Shown here: one piece after another, positions 27,672 through 40,355 of the stretch
Numbering within the stretch: the first letter of the stretch is position 1
How the letters are laid out: every line of letters starts with the position of its first letter
Origin: Octopus sinensis
Lineage: Eukaryota
Direction: 5' to 3'
DNA length: 64,000 nt
NCBI RefSeq assembly: GCF_006345805.1
Contig: NC_043004.1
Span: forward strand, 36,394,001 to 36,458,000
Made by a program: the position numbers and the translations under genes
The notes under the pieces: generated by a model
The model's input: the letters and a program-made list of their open reading frames with translations, nothing else
What the model was told of the DNA's origin: nothing
The model's database searches: none

Positions 27672-30600
27672 AAGACATATACTGTCTGAAGTGAGATTCT
27701 ATAAACATGACAGGTGATTACGTCTATTTTTTTGTATTTAGTGAATTTATTCAATTTCCGAACGCAATGACGGCTAAAACCTTTTGGTATATCACATAGG
27801 AAACAAACATATATATGACATACATGTACGTACATACGTGTATGGACATATATGTTTGTGTGTATATGTACACATTTACGCAGACACATATATAGGTGTA
27901 TATATATATTTATATAAACGCCATGTTATAACATGAAATATTGTTGACAGATTTCCCATATTCTGGAGTGAAGAAAGAGTAAGCTCCATTTTATTCAGGA
28001 AAGTTTCAGTTATTGACACAATTCAGCTGTACATCCGAGGTAAAATCTAAGCGTTATCACATGTCGAAGATGTATGTTAGCCGTTTAACACTTCGATCTG
28101 AACTATGCAAATTCCCAAAATTGGCAAAACACCAGACACCGCCCATAATGATGAATATAGTTAGTGGCTGGTGAGACTCCATAGAACTATTGCAGCCCGT
28201 CTTACGTCCAAACTGCAACGCTTTTCAAACCCTAATCAAACTTCAACTCTGAAAGCTCTCATGCAAACAACCAATAAAACTGGATTCGATAGTGACAAGT
28301 ATTTGAATTGTGATACATGAAAGACATCTGTGATATCACAGACCATGTGGTGATGTGGGGTGGCTTTCAATTACATACTGTTAATTATTTATTATCGTCA
28401 TAAAAGTAAAAATTTTATAGGAAGTATTGCGTGCACTTTCCGTTCATTTCTACATAGAATTCCCATTCTCTCTGCCTATCTGTCTCTCTCTTACTGAATA
28501 CATACGAACATTGCTATACCTACCTAGCTATCTATTCATATATATATATATATGTGTGTGTGTGTGTATGTCTGTATAGTTTATAGATTAGACACGTATC
28601 CTCTGTATAGAGCAAGCTTTTGTAGTGCTCGAGCAGGTAGAGGAATAAACGTAAGGATGGGCGAGTCGATATACAAAAATATTAAATATGTTTAATACAA
28701 AAAACGTACATATGTATACACATAAGAAATGTCCGGCTTACATAGAATATAAGTGATTATTAAGAGTTGAGTAAGAGATCAAATTCCCTTTAATTCCTGA
28801 TATCATTTCTATTCTGTGCAAGTCGGACTTTTTTTATATGCATTGTACTAAATGCATTTAATAGTTTTTTTGTACATCGACTTGCTTATCCTTACATTTG
28901 CTCCTATACACACAGACAAAATCAAGCACATGCAAATTATACAAGTATATGTAGATATATGCGTATATGTGCGAGCGTGTGATCTGTTTACGAACGGAAG
29001 AGATGAATAAACTTGTAAAATGTTTATTTTTGTAGTCACAACTAGAAGAAGAAGAAGCATAAACAGATGTCTATGTTCTAGAGGCTAGTTACCTGCTATC
29101 GCAATATTTGAAGGAATTTGAAACTATTTTGGTATGACCTTCTTTTGTTCTTAATACCTGTTTCTATGTTCACATAATGTCTTTTTAATTTGTTTATTCA
29201 TAAGAGCTCGACAAAACAAAATGAATAGACTTTAAAATATTATCAAGCAGAAATAATATATTTAGTATTAGACACATCCATACACTGTTTTTGAGTGTCA
29301 ACATGTGTGTATCAACGGTCACACACACTCGTATCAGATAGTCCCATGCATATAGATAGATAGATATACATATATTTATACACATGTGTATATATATATA
29401 TATTCCATCATTGTGCTATGATTTTCATTACGTTTCTAAGTATTTCTACATGTATATGATTGAATACGCATGTGATATGTAGGATGTATGTGTGAGTGCG
29501 TGTGTGAAGGGTGATGTGGGAGAAATGTGATGCTGGTGATGCCATTATATAAGTATTCAGAAAAACCTGAATTTAAGGAAACCTTTGTGTAACTATAATT
29601 CAGTGACAAAAACAAAAACATGTAAAAATTAATCACTCATGGTTATCAAGGGAACAATACAAATGATAATAATAATACCTTTCCTTAAGCAAGTTTAACA
29701 GGTAAAGGTATGTTCTTATTTAACAGATCCTTTTTTAACGTGTCTACTATTATTGAAAGTGTTACAAATATTTCAGGAAACGTAACGTTTTACTTTCATG
29801 AAAATATTTCGTATTAACTAAAGAGAGAGACAGACAGACAGATCTGTGAATATCATAAGTTGCTAGCTCGATTCGTTGGGAAGAAAAATCATAAACGTAA
29901 CTCAATTTTCATTATCTTTCAGCAAAATAAAATTTAAAAAGATATAAGAAATTATTATTATTGTCTGTCATCATCATCACCATCATCATCGCCATCAACA
30001 TTGTCATAACATTCTTGTGAAGCAAATTTCATCGTTAACGACATACATCATCATCATCATAACCCTGATCACCACCAATTCTTTAATGTATTTGTTTGTT
30101 GATGTATTTTTAATCACACATGGACTGATATAAACGTTTGGCTTTCCTCAATATTTTGTGCGCTCTTGCAACTGATGTCCAACATTGGAAAGTTTTGGAG
30201 AGAGATACATCCAACACAAACTCAACGTTGCTCTTCCTTCAACTTTTATTCATGTCACACTTCCTGTTGGTGATGGTGGTCGGGAAAACAAGCTTTGCGG
30301 TTTTTTTAGAATTTTCTTTTTACAGAACTGGGTGGGATTTACTAGCATTTCGAATAAAATGTAATCGATTTAAAATTAGTACAAATAAACTTGCTGCTTT
30401 CGTGACTTTTCATCATTCTAATTTTATATTATTTTGGTTTGTTTTGTTAATTAGTTTTTGTTTTTTTTAACAGATGATAAATTATTTCAATGAGAAAGTA
30501 ATAAATATTGGTCTCCTGCTATTTATGTGTAGGATGAATGCTACTTACGATGAAGCAATATAAATTTTGGTCTTATAGTGGATTCCATTGAATCTAATCA

Positions 30601-30964
30601 CTCTAAATGTGGTCCTTTGGTAGAAAAAGAAAGCATTATTAAACTTGTTAGAAAAAAAAACATATTTCATAATATTGTCAAATAATATTCTTTCTTCAAT
30701 TTGAATATGTATATTAATTTCCTTTCTGTCCCAGAGGAAAATATCACAACAATATTGTTGTAATACTTATTTTGATTGTTGTCATATGTCCTTTTACTGT
30801 CTATAGGAAGGCTTGTTGCATAAAAATGTAATTGGTATTGTTTTAGATTAGATACACTTTTTATTCAGTTTTCCATTATTTCTCAGCAGCATAAACCTTT
30901 TTCAGTCATCTTGGAAGAAGCGCGGGAAGAGAGGAAGCAGAGTTACTCTTTATTGAGGCCAGAG

Positions 30965-31033
30965 TCACGTGTAGTTTGGATAACAATCTTGTATGTATTC
31001 CAAGGCTACGTCGTGACAGAATCGAAACTGCTC
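30965..31033 (-). CDS. Receptor-type PTP terminal coding exon (EQFRFCHDVALEYIQDCYPNYT*)
   Basis: Strong acceptor (tttttttttcttttttcag|GAG) at 31033, 69 nt to TGA at 30965-30967. Phase 0 matches the 52875 donor. Sequence parallels the PTP last-exon motif (E/D)QY(K/R)FCYEVALEYL. Pairing across a 21.8-kb intron is inferred; no closer candidate was seen. Confidence 0.88.
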   Translation of the reverse strand, partial: EQFRFCHDVALEYIQDCYPNYT

Positions 31034-31160
31034 CTGAAAAAGAAAAAAAAAGAAATATATAATTACATTACAGCTGTTGGAAAAGATTTCGTAGACATTA
31101 TATTGATTGTAGTACGAATAAATAATTGAATTCAATTTACTAAAATGTGGAGTTAAATAA

Positions 31161-31369
31161 ATAATTTCTAATAAAAGCACAAGTCCTGATTTCTTGGGGC
31201 AGGGGGGGATAACCGATTACATCGACCTCAGTGTATTTAATTTATCTACACCGATAGGATGAAAAGCAAAGTCGATCTCAGCGGAATTTGAATTCAGAAT
31301 GTAAAAAACGAACGAAATACCGTAAAGTATTTTGCCCGGTGTGCTAACGAGTCGTCCAGTTCACCACCT
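31161..31369 (-). mobile_element. SINE family C, diverged copy just upstream of the PTP terminal-exon acceptor
   Basis: Contains gcaaagtcga.ctc.gcggaatttgaa.tcagaa and gattacatcgacc as in 44111-44680. Confidence 0.75.
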
Positions 31370-31421
31370 TTTAGCGGAATTAAATTAAGCAGATATTCTA
31401 GATGTCTACATTCGAGGACGT

Positions 31422-31456
<35 letters not shown>

Positions 31457-31457
<1 letters not shown>

Positions 31458-34225
31458 TTACATGCGTATGTATACATAGATATACATACATATAAGTACA
31501 TATATATATTTATAACTATCTATATAAGGTCATCCACGTAATAGATCACATCTCGAACATTTAATCACATAATGCTTTTTCTTACACATAGAATATAGAT
31601 GCATAAAATCACAGATGAAACATAATTCATTAATACAAGCATACAAGAGAACTGTGTGAGTATAGTCTATCGCAATTAAAAATTAATACTTTAGCGACTA
31701 AAAAATATATATATTTTAACATTATAACATCTAGAATAAATATGTAAAAATATATATATAAATAGGAAACATAAATATATATAAGGTAAGATAAAAGTTC
31801 ATCGTTCAGAAATTTTTTCGATTAAAAATTACTTTTTAAGATAAGGGAAAACCCATTATGAAAAGCCAGCGTCCAAGCAAAAAAGAAGAAACCATATTTA
31901 CATTCCTATGGCCATTTCAGGGGTTCATTACCGTATTTAGTGCACGAGGGTGCATCACGATAATTACTCCTACATCGGGGGAAAAATAAAAAAAACATCA
32001 CATACCAGGGCGAGATTTCTTTAACCAAACCTGATGCAATATTGCATGGTTACTTATTTAAGAAATCATGCTCAGACCAGCCCAAATATTCAAAAATTAC
32101 TTAAAAGAAAAGGAAGAAATTATCAACTATATAATGGCTGTATTAAATTAAATTCAACCACGATGGTTTAAATTCCCTGTAAGAACTAAGGATTTAATTA
32201 CAACTTTTTATTCCGACAGAATTTTAAGGTGGACGAAAATTTATGGCTGCAAAAAGTATTAATTATATATAAATATACATATATACACACATATACACAT
32301 ATACATATACACATACATACACACATATATATATATATGCATATATATACATGTATATATATATATGTGTATATATGTATATATATATATGTGTATATAT
32401 GTATATATATGTGTATATATGTTTATATATATGTGTATATATACATACATACATACATACATAGACACACACACACACAAATATACACACATACACACAC
32501 ATATACATATATATATATATACACACATATATATATACACATATATACATACACATATATATATACACATATATACATACACATATATATACATTTTTAT
32601 ACATACATATATATAGCAAAAATTTAGATTCAAATGAATATGGTACTTAATTTAGATGCACCAGAATTCTGTATGGTGTTATCCATAAAAATCCGTGGGG
32701 TGATTATAATCAAAATAAGCAACACGAATGACTCCGGTAATTTGGAGTCATTCTTGTTGCTTATTTTGATGACATATATATATATATACATACATATTTA
32801 TACACACACATATATATATGTGTGTATATATATATATATAATATATATATATATATATACTTACATGCGTATGTATACATAGATATACATACATATAAGT
32901 ACATATATATATTTATAACTATCTATATAAGGTCATCCACGTAATAGATCACATCTCGAACATTTAATCACATAATGCTTTTTCTTACACATAGAATATA
33001 GATGCATAAAATCACAGATGAAACATAATTCATTAATACAAGCATACAAGAGAACTGTGTGAGTATAGTCTATCGCAATTAAAAATTAATACTTTAGCGA
33101 CTAAAAAATATATATATTTTAACATTATAACATCTAGAATAAATATGTAAAAATATATATATAAATAGGAAACATAAATATATATAAGGTAAGATAAAAG
33201 TTCATCGTTCAGAAATTTTTTCGATTAAAAATTACTTTTTAAGATAAGGGAAAACCCATTATGAAAAGCCAGCGTCCAAGCAAAAAAGAAGAAACCATAT
33301 TTACATTCCCTATGGCCATTTCAGGGGTTCATTACCGTATTTAGTGCACGAGGGTGCATCACGATAATTACTCCTACATCGGGGGAAAAATAAAAAAAAC
33401 ATCACATACCAGGGCGAGATTTCTTTAACCAAACCTGATGCAATATTGCATGGTTACTTATTTAAGAAATCATGCTCAGACCAGCCCAAATATTCAAAAA
33501 TTACTTAAAAGAAAAGGAAGAAATTATCAACTATATAAATGGCTGTATTAAATTAAATTCAACCACGATGGTTTAAATTCCCTGTAAGAACTAAAGGATT
33601 TAATTACAACTTTTTATTCCGACAGAATTTTAAGGTGGACGAAAATTTATGGCTGCAAAAAGTATTAATTATATATAAATATACATATATACACACATAT
33701 ACACATATACATATACACATACATACACACATATATATATATATGCATATATATACATGTATATATATATGTGTATATATGTATATATATGTGTGTATAT
33801 ATGTTTATATATATGTGTATATATGTTTATATATATGTGTATATATACATACATACATACATACATAGACACACACACACACAAATATACACACATACAC
33901 ACACATATACATATATATATATACACATATATATATATACACATATATATATACACATATATACATACACATATATATACATTTTTATACATACATATAT
34001 ATAGCAAAAATTTAGATTCAAATGAATATGGTACTTAATTTAGATGCACCAGAATTCTGTATGGTGTTATCCATAAAAATCCGTGGGGTGATTATAATCA
34101 AAATAAGCAACACGAATGACTCCGGTAATTTGGAGTCATTCTTGTTGCTTATTTTGATGACATATATATATATATATACATACATATTTATACACACACA
34201 TATATATATGTGTGTGTGTGTGTAT
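31457..34225. repeat. Tandem duplication, period about 1403 bp (31457-32859 and 32860-about 34225)
   Basis: cttacatgcgtatgtatacatag at 31457 and 32860; colinear unique sequence; duplicated ORFs 32229/33635 and 32634/34022. Confidence 0.95.
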
Positions 34226-35214
34226 ATATATGTATATATATTCACACATACATATAGACACACAAACATACACTTATACATATAATGATAATAATATCAT
34301 CATTCATAATATAGCACACACACATTCTCGCGTTTCCTTAAATAGTACCTAAAGAAGCCATTAGCTTCCACACGCTTACTTCTCGCGAAACCATTTCTCG
34401 TGGCAAACTAAATAATTAGCTTCTCTGATAGAGAAAAGTAACTTACGGCAACTCAGTGCGCCTATGTACACACAACTGACTGTGCGTATCTATGGATATA
34501 TCTGTGTGTGCGCGCGCAATCTTACGTCCGTATATACCATTTCATTACTGTCTAGATATCTCTATTTGCATGTATGTGTATTTAGGTGTAAATTCGCATT
34601 TATGAGTGCATAGGACTCTAAAGTAGGCGCATTTATCGAAATGTATAAGTATATATTTGTATAAGCAGATTTGCTTATTTCCGTGTATATTTTCATATAT
34701 TGGAGCAGGTTTATATGTGTACACAAAGCTGGCTGTCGATATATCGCACTCGATGCTGGCATCTTTTCTTTCGGCTTCGCACACACATATACACATCATC
34801 ACCCACCTCACCCCGCACACAAATATACATACACGCACTCTGCTTCGTAAAGCACACAAACACACATGCACAACAATCTTATGAGTAAATGTAAATTAAT
34901 ACACTCATGGCGAAATGTATACGTAAATATAGATGCACATATTTATGCACACATATAAAGATATATACGTGTGTGTATGTGTGTGTATATATATACATAT
35001 ATATATAATATTGTTACGAAATAAATAACATCTGAAGTTGTTCGCAGCCTGCAGTGTCGTAATCTAGAAAATCTGCAACAATCATCGCAAACAAGTTTGT
35101 AAACGCATGTGTATGTGTGTGCTTATTTGTATGTGTACGTATGCACTTAAATATACATCCATACATGTACATCTCATCCCAGCCTTATGTGCGTTTATAA
35201 ATGTATGCATATAT

Positions 35215-35249
<35 letters not shown>

Positions 35250-36039
35250 AAGTATGCATGTGTATATGTATGTATGTATGTATGGATGGATGGATGTAAA
35301 ACTCCGTAAGCGATGGGCAGTTTTTGAGTTATTTTTGTAGTTTTTCTGTTAATAGGTGAAATATACCTTATCTCTATATAATGAGTTTACTTTATTTCGT
35401 TTATCTTTCTAAACTGTGTGTGTGTGTGCGTGTTTGTGTCTATGTGTATGTATGCGTAAGCCGATAAAAGGCACATTCAAGATTATATGTTTGTTTGTTT
35501 TTAAGTGCATTATTGAATAAAAGATATAAAAATCATAGAACTGATCGAACTTAAATTCCTTTGAAATGAATATTGATATAATTTTTTATAAGTTCTATCA
35601 AAAAAACTGGTAAATATTAGAGGGAGGAGGTCAATCGATTACGTTGTCCCCCGGTACTCGCTTAATACTTATTATATCAACCCTGAAAAGGTGATCGGCA
35701 ATTCTGATCTCCGTTGTACTTGAACTCAGAACGTCATGAACAGCAAGAAATGCCGCTAAACATTTTATCCGACGCGCTAACAATTCTTCCAATAGGAACA
35801 TGCGTACATCATATGCACAATCACACACAGGAGCACACGTCATAATATATACACTTATTGAAATGTATGTATGACATTGTGCAGTTTTATTTCAAGATTT
35901 CTTGCCAATAGAAAAAAAAAGCCGGTTTCTAATCTACATCCAAGGCTCCTGCATTGGAATTTCAACATCAACAACAGGATATTTTTGTTTGTATGTATGT
36001 ATGTGTGTGTGCAGATTTGTATATTCTGCTTTATGTATG

Positions 36040-36610
36040 TCTTCTCATGCATATATCTGCATATCTAGACATGCTCGTATATATTTAAATGCTAAACGTC
36101 TGGAAAGTTCTACAGATTTTTATTGTTCCAGTGATGGATTGGATCTGTAGTCTTTGAATTAGCTTTCGCCTTTCTGGTTTTGAAAAGCCTAAGTTCTCAT
36201 GATTGGTATTTAGGCAGTGTGTTACACATCCCAGGGCCCCAATAATTACAGGTATAAACCTGAACTTCTAATCTGGACAGAGTAACAACAGATTTCTCAA
36301 TAGTTCAGTGTAGGTATTCTCTTTTATACTGATCTTCAGCTTTATGTTAACATCTGCCGGTCAGCTGATTTCCACAACAGTGCACATTTTCTCTTCTCCA
36401 TCCCAAAACATATCAGGTCTGTTGTGCCTACATTTTACTGGGGTTTTCACTGGGACATTCCACCACACTCCTTGTTATAGGTGGCTATGGCTTCTACCAT
36501 AATGCGGGTTCTTATTTCTTTGTCCTCGAGGTTATCCTTCCGACGGACTTCATAATAGAGTTTCGTAGCTACAACATCATGTCTCATCGGTAGTCCCACA
36601 CATCGTGGTC
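36040..36610 (-). mobile_element. R4/Dong-type LINE 3' fragment (RLE domain)
   Basis: My minus-strand translation: RHDVVATKLYYEVRRKD...WWNVPVKTPVKCRHNRPD...VVEIS..ADVN...FIPVIIGALGCVT...QSITGTIKICRTF. Not in the ORF track because of stops and frameshifts. Confidence 0.75.
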
Positions 36611-38346
36611 ATTTGTAGTGTATGAATTAAGGAGTTGCGTTCTCTTCCCAAGAACCTAAATTCAACCTTACTTCAGACGAATTGGTATGTATTCTCTTGT
36701 ATATATGTATGTATGCCTTTTTGTATGTATGTTCCAAATTATAATTCAACGCCTTCCCTATCATTTTGAAACCATCATTAACACAGTTATTTATTTATTC
36801 AGTAAGAATACTTTAAATCAATGAATGAAGCATCATTACTGTGTTCCTATTTTCACTATTGTATTAGTATCACTATTGTATTACTATTACTGTACGCTTA
36901 TTATGATTGTACTTATATTGCACACAGATCGGTGGTTTCGTATTTTGTAACAAGTGGTATATCTTGCCTTGACTAATGCTTTTATCTCTCTTCAATAAAA
37001 CCCTCAAACTACGAACTTCTAACTCCCTGTCAAACATACTCTTCCAACCACCTGTATTCATCTTCCCCGAGAGTCAGATCCTATAATCCAAACAAATTAT
37101 TTTTGCCTTCCATCGTTTCTTATTCCAAGCGATCCTCTCCTCTAGCACCAAACTATGTATATTTCCTTTTTTTTTCCTTTGCCACAGGCATCAGAAGATT
37201 TGAAAGGAACAATACTTTTACAAAGCTCAATTAACTCCACTGGTATCTGGATAGGAAAGAAATGGTCGACTGGAGACTTTATTTAAACATTCATCTTATA
37301 TTTATTGAGTTCAAATTTACTGCACGTATTTTGGTGTGAATGTCAGTGGACTTAATGGTACATGTCTTCCATCTCCTTCTAGAAAGACGGTAATATCAGA
37401 ACAGACACATAAACATCATAGCGAACGGAAGATTTATATTTCATTCATTTCATGGAATTAAGCTTAAACTTGGAAGTTATCCTTATAACTCGTCGATTTA
37501 TTTATATGTTTAGTTTCTGAAAAAGGGGGAAAAACACATAGACAAGATGAAATTAATTCTCATTGCCTCCACAGTAAAATATCTCTATTTCATTATATTG
37601 GAAGAATATTTCTGAAGATAGAAGACACAATAAGTCTCATAATAATTTGGAATGCTAAGCAGCAAATTTCTACAGTGTCTCTTGAGCAGGATGCTCACCT
37701 CTCTTCAACCTAAGCTCTAGAGACTCTTGCGTCAAGCTGTAAGCTCGACGAACCATGTTCTTTATTTATGATGTGTTCCCCACACGATTGTAATAGTGCA
37801 AGAGGCAATATACGGAATAATCGAAGTATTAACACTCCATCTTCTTGAACCAACAGCAATTCGATAATATGTCCCTTAGACAATTTTTATTGAAATCAAA
37901 GCCTAACATTCCTTTACTGTTAGTCTCAGCTTTAAAAAGAATTCATAAGAAAAATTTTACAAAATAGGGTTTCAGAAATTTAGGTTTTAAATTGACTTAG
38001 AGGTTTGATACTTCTCATTCAGAATATTCAGCGACCCGGTTTTCGGCGATGGCAATAGTATTAATAACAACCAATTAGTAATAATTAATACTTCTAGAAA
38101 TATTACTGAGGTTTTAATCTGTTATAATCTGTCATTTCCTTGAACCAACAATTCTGTCACATACGTACATACATGTATGCATAAACAATCACACGCACAA
38201 AATTCCTTGCCAGAATTAAACCACCATTTACAGATTATAATAAACAAGACTTTCATTCTAAAATGTATTCTCACGTTAGAGACAGTCTTGTGTACAAGAC
38301 AAGACTATTTACTCTTAAACATATATATATATATATTCTTCTCTTT

Positions 38347-38724
38347 CACTCCGTCGGTTGCGACGATGAGGGTCCCAGCTGATACGATCAACGGAACAGC
38401 TTGCTCGTGATATTAACGTGCAAGTGGCTGAGCACTCCACAGACACGTGTACCCTTAACGTAGTTCTCGAGGAGATTCAGCGAGACACACAGAATGTGAC
38501 AAGGCTGGCCCTTTGAAATACAGGTACAAGAGAAACAGGAAGAAAGAGCGAGAGAAAGTTGTGGTGAAAGAATACAGCAGGGTTCACCACCACCCACTGC
38601 CGGAGCCTCGTGGAGCTTTAGGTGTTTTCGCTCAATAAACACTCACAATGCCCGGTCTGGGAATCGAAACCGCGATCCTCCGACCGCGAGTCCGCTGCCC
38701 TAACCACTGGGCCATTGCACCTCC
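38347..38724 (-). mobile_element. tRNA-derived SINE family B, tail variant 2
   Basis: Same head and ttattgagcgaaaacacctaaagc body as 13505-13773 on the minus strand, but a different 3' half (gagaactacgttaagggtacacgtgtctgtggagtgctcagccacttgcacg...gacggagtg). Confidence 0.82.
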
Positions 38725-38789
38725 TCCTATATATATATATATCGGAAATATACCTAAGTAAAAAAGGGAAAAAAATTCTTTCGTGCAAA

Positions 38790-39345
38790 TCTGACCCTGA
38801 TACATACGATACAGCTAAGGGTCAGACCCGATTCTGATTGGTCAACAAGTTGATGACGTCTAGCTCAGCTAGAATGGACAGGATACAAACAGGGGACAGT
38901 CATTAGTCAGAATATTGATGACGTCCTTTTCTGCTTGAATAGTCACCTAACAAGTACAGACAGGAGGCAGATCTAATGTAGCTATAAGTCGTGATTGGGC
39001 AGAATCTGCATGACGTCCCGTTCTGCTTGACTAACGAAGCGACTGGTCAGGACAGGAAACAAACAAGAGGCAGTTATAATGCAGCGATTGGTCAAAATAA
39101 TGATGACGTCCCGTTCTACTTGACTAACGAAGCGACTGGTCAAAACAGGAAAACAAACAAGAGTCAGTTATAATGCAGCGATTGGTCAAAATAATGATGA
39201 CGTCCCGTTCTACTTGACTAAAGCCACCTAACGAAACGATTGGTCAAAACGTTGATGACGTCACGCTACGCTAAATTGACCACCTAACAGGCATTATAAA
39301 ACCGAGCACTTCACAAAAACTCATTAGAACCACCCAGCGAACATC
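38790..39345 (+). promoter_or_regulatory. Candidate Pol II promoter/enhancer: six inverted-CCAAT + CRE modules, TATA box, Inr-like site
   Basis: ATTGG at 38837, 38902 (ATTAG variant), 38994, 39087, 39181 and 39239, each followed after exactly 12 nt by TGACGTC (38854, 38919, 39011, 39104, 39198, 39256; the last is a full TGACGTCA). TATAAAA at 39295-39301; TCATTA at 39321-39326. Activity is inferred. Confidence 0.6.
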
Positions 39346-39741
39346 CACCATGGGTCATCACATTTGCTTAAGGTAAAAATGAATTCCTCGCTCTTTCGGA
39401 AACATCAATCTTCTGTATTGACCGCTTTCCACCACTTTGATCTGTTTTTTGTATTGAATACGTATCGCCACCGTGGGCCACTGCATCGAACACTTTGAAC
39501 ATATACTTCAAACTATATATCAACTATACATGAACTATATATCAACTATACATGAACTCTAAGATGTCTGACTCCGTTGTGTATTATAAATGAATTTCTT
39601 GTGTTTGACGGCATGAGCTGTCTTTTTTTATATATAACTTTTTTTGATAAAGTTCATTTCAGGAACTGAAACATGTTATAATGTATATATATAAAAATTA
39701 AAAATTGTATAATACAGCAGCATTTTCGAACTTCATTTTTT

Positions 39742-39783
<42 letters not shown>

Positions 39784-40052
39784 ATGGTATTATTAAAATA
39801 CCATCACAAGTGGTAAGCGAATTATTAGCCGTACAGGCTAATTTATAAAATATATACATATAATATTAGATATGTACATATATACACAAGGGTACTACAT
39901 GAGTACCTATATCGCTAATGCTTGAAGTTAAAAAATACTCCTGTACCACCGAATAGTCACAAATCCATTACAGACAAGATAGGAAAAAATATCAGTGAAC
40001 AATAATAATGTCTTACCTCGAACGGGTCAGAACAAGTATATATATATATACA

Positions 40053-40355
40053 CGAGCAAAACGCCCCCACGTCCAATGGACGGTGCTAATTTGTCAAACA
40101 TTTAACCCAAATTTTCTCAAAACAACTTGTCCGACCGTCCCATAGGCCTCCCCTTTGCGAAACACTGATTTAACCTAAATTTGAGATACCAGAAAAGGAA
40201 GAAATAAAGATAGACTTTATTCTATTCTAAAGAAAAACGATTTTATTATCAGCGGTATCTACATATCAAATTTGAACGCAATTGGATGGAGGATGCCCGA
40301 GATCCTAGAAGACACACACACACACACACAGACAGAACGGATTTTATATAATAGA
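40053..40355 (-). mobile_element. Non-autonomous Helitron-like element (about 300 bp)
   Basis: Minus strand starts A|TCTATTATATAAAATCCGTTCTGTCTGTGTG and ends with hairpin CGTCC-att-GGACG (40070-40082) about 15 nt before CTCG|T (CTAG variant); A/T insertion site. Confidence 0.62.

Noticed and set aside
38836-39263. CRISPR-like reading of the repeated modules (also considered for the 44-kb trimer)
   Set aside because: Eukaryotic context, the spacers are homologous to each other, and there are no cas genes.
38784-39680. Solo LTR call for the promoter array region
   Set aside because: No TG...CA termini with a matching TSD and no canonical AATAAA were found; left as an open hypothesis in the findings.
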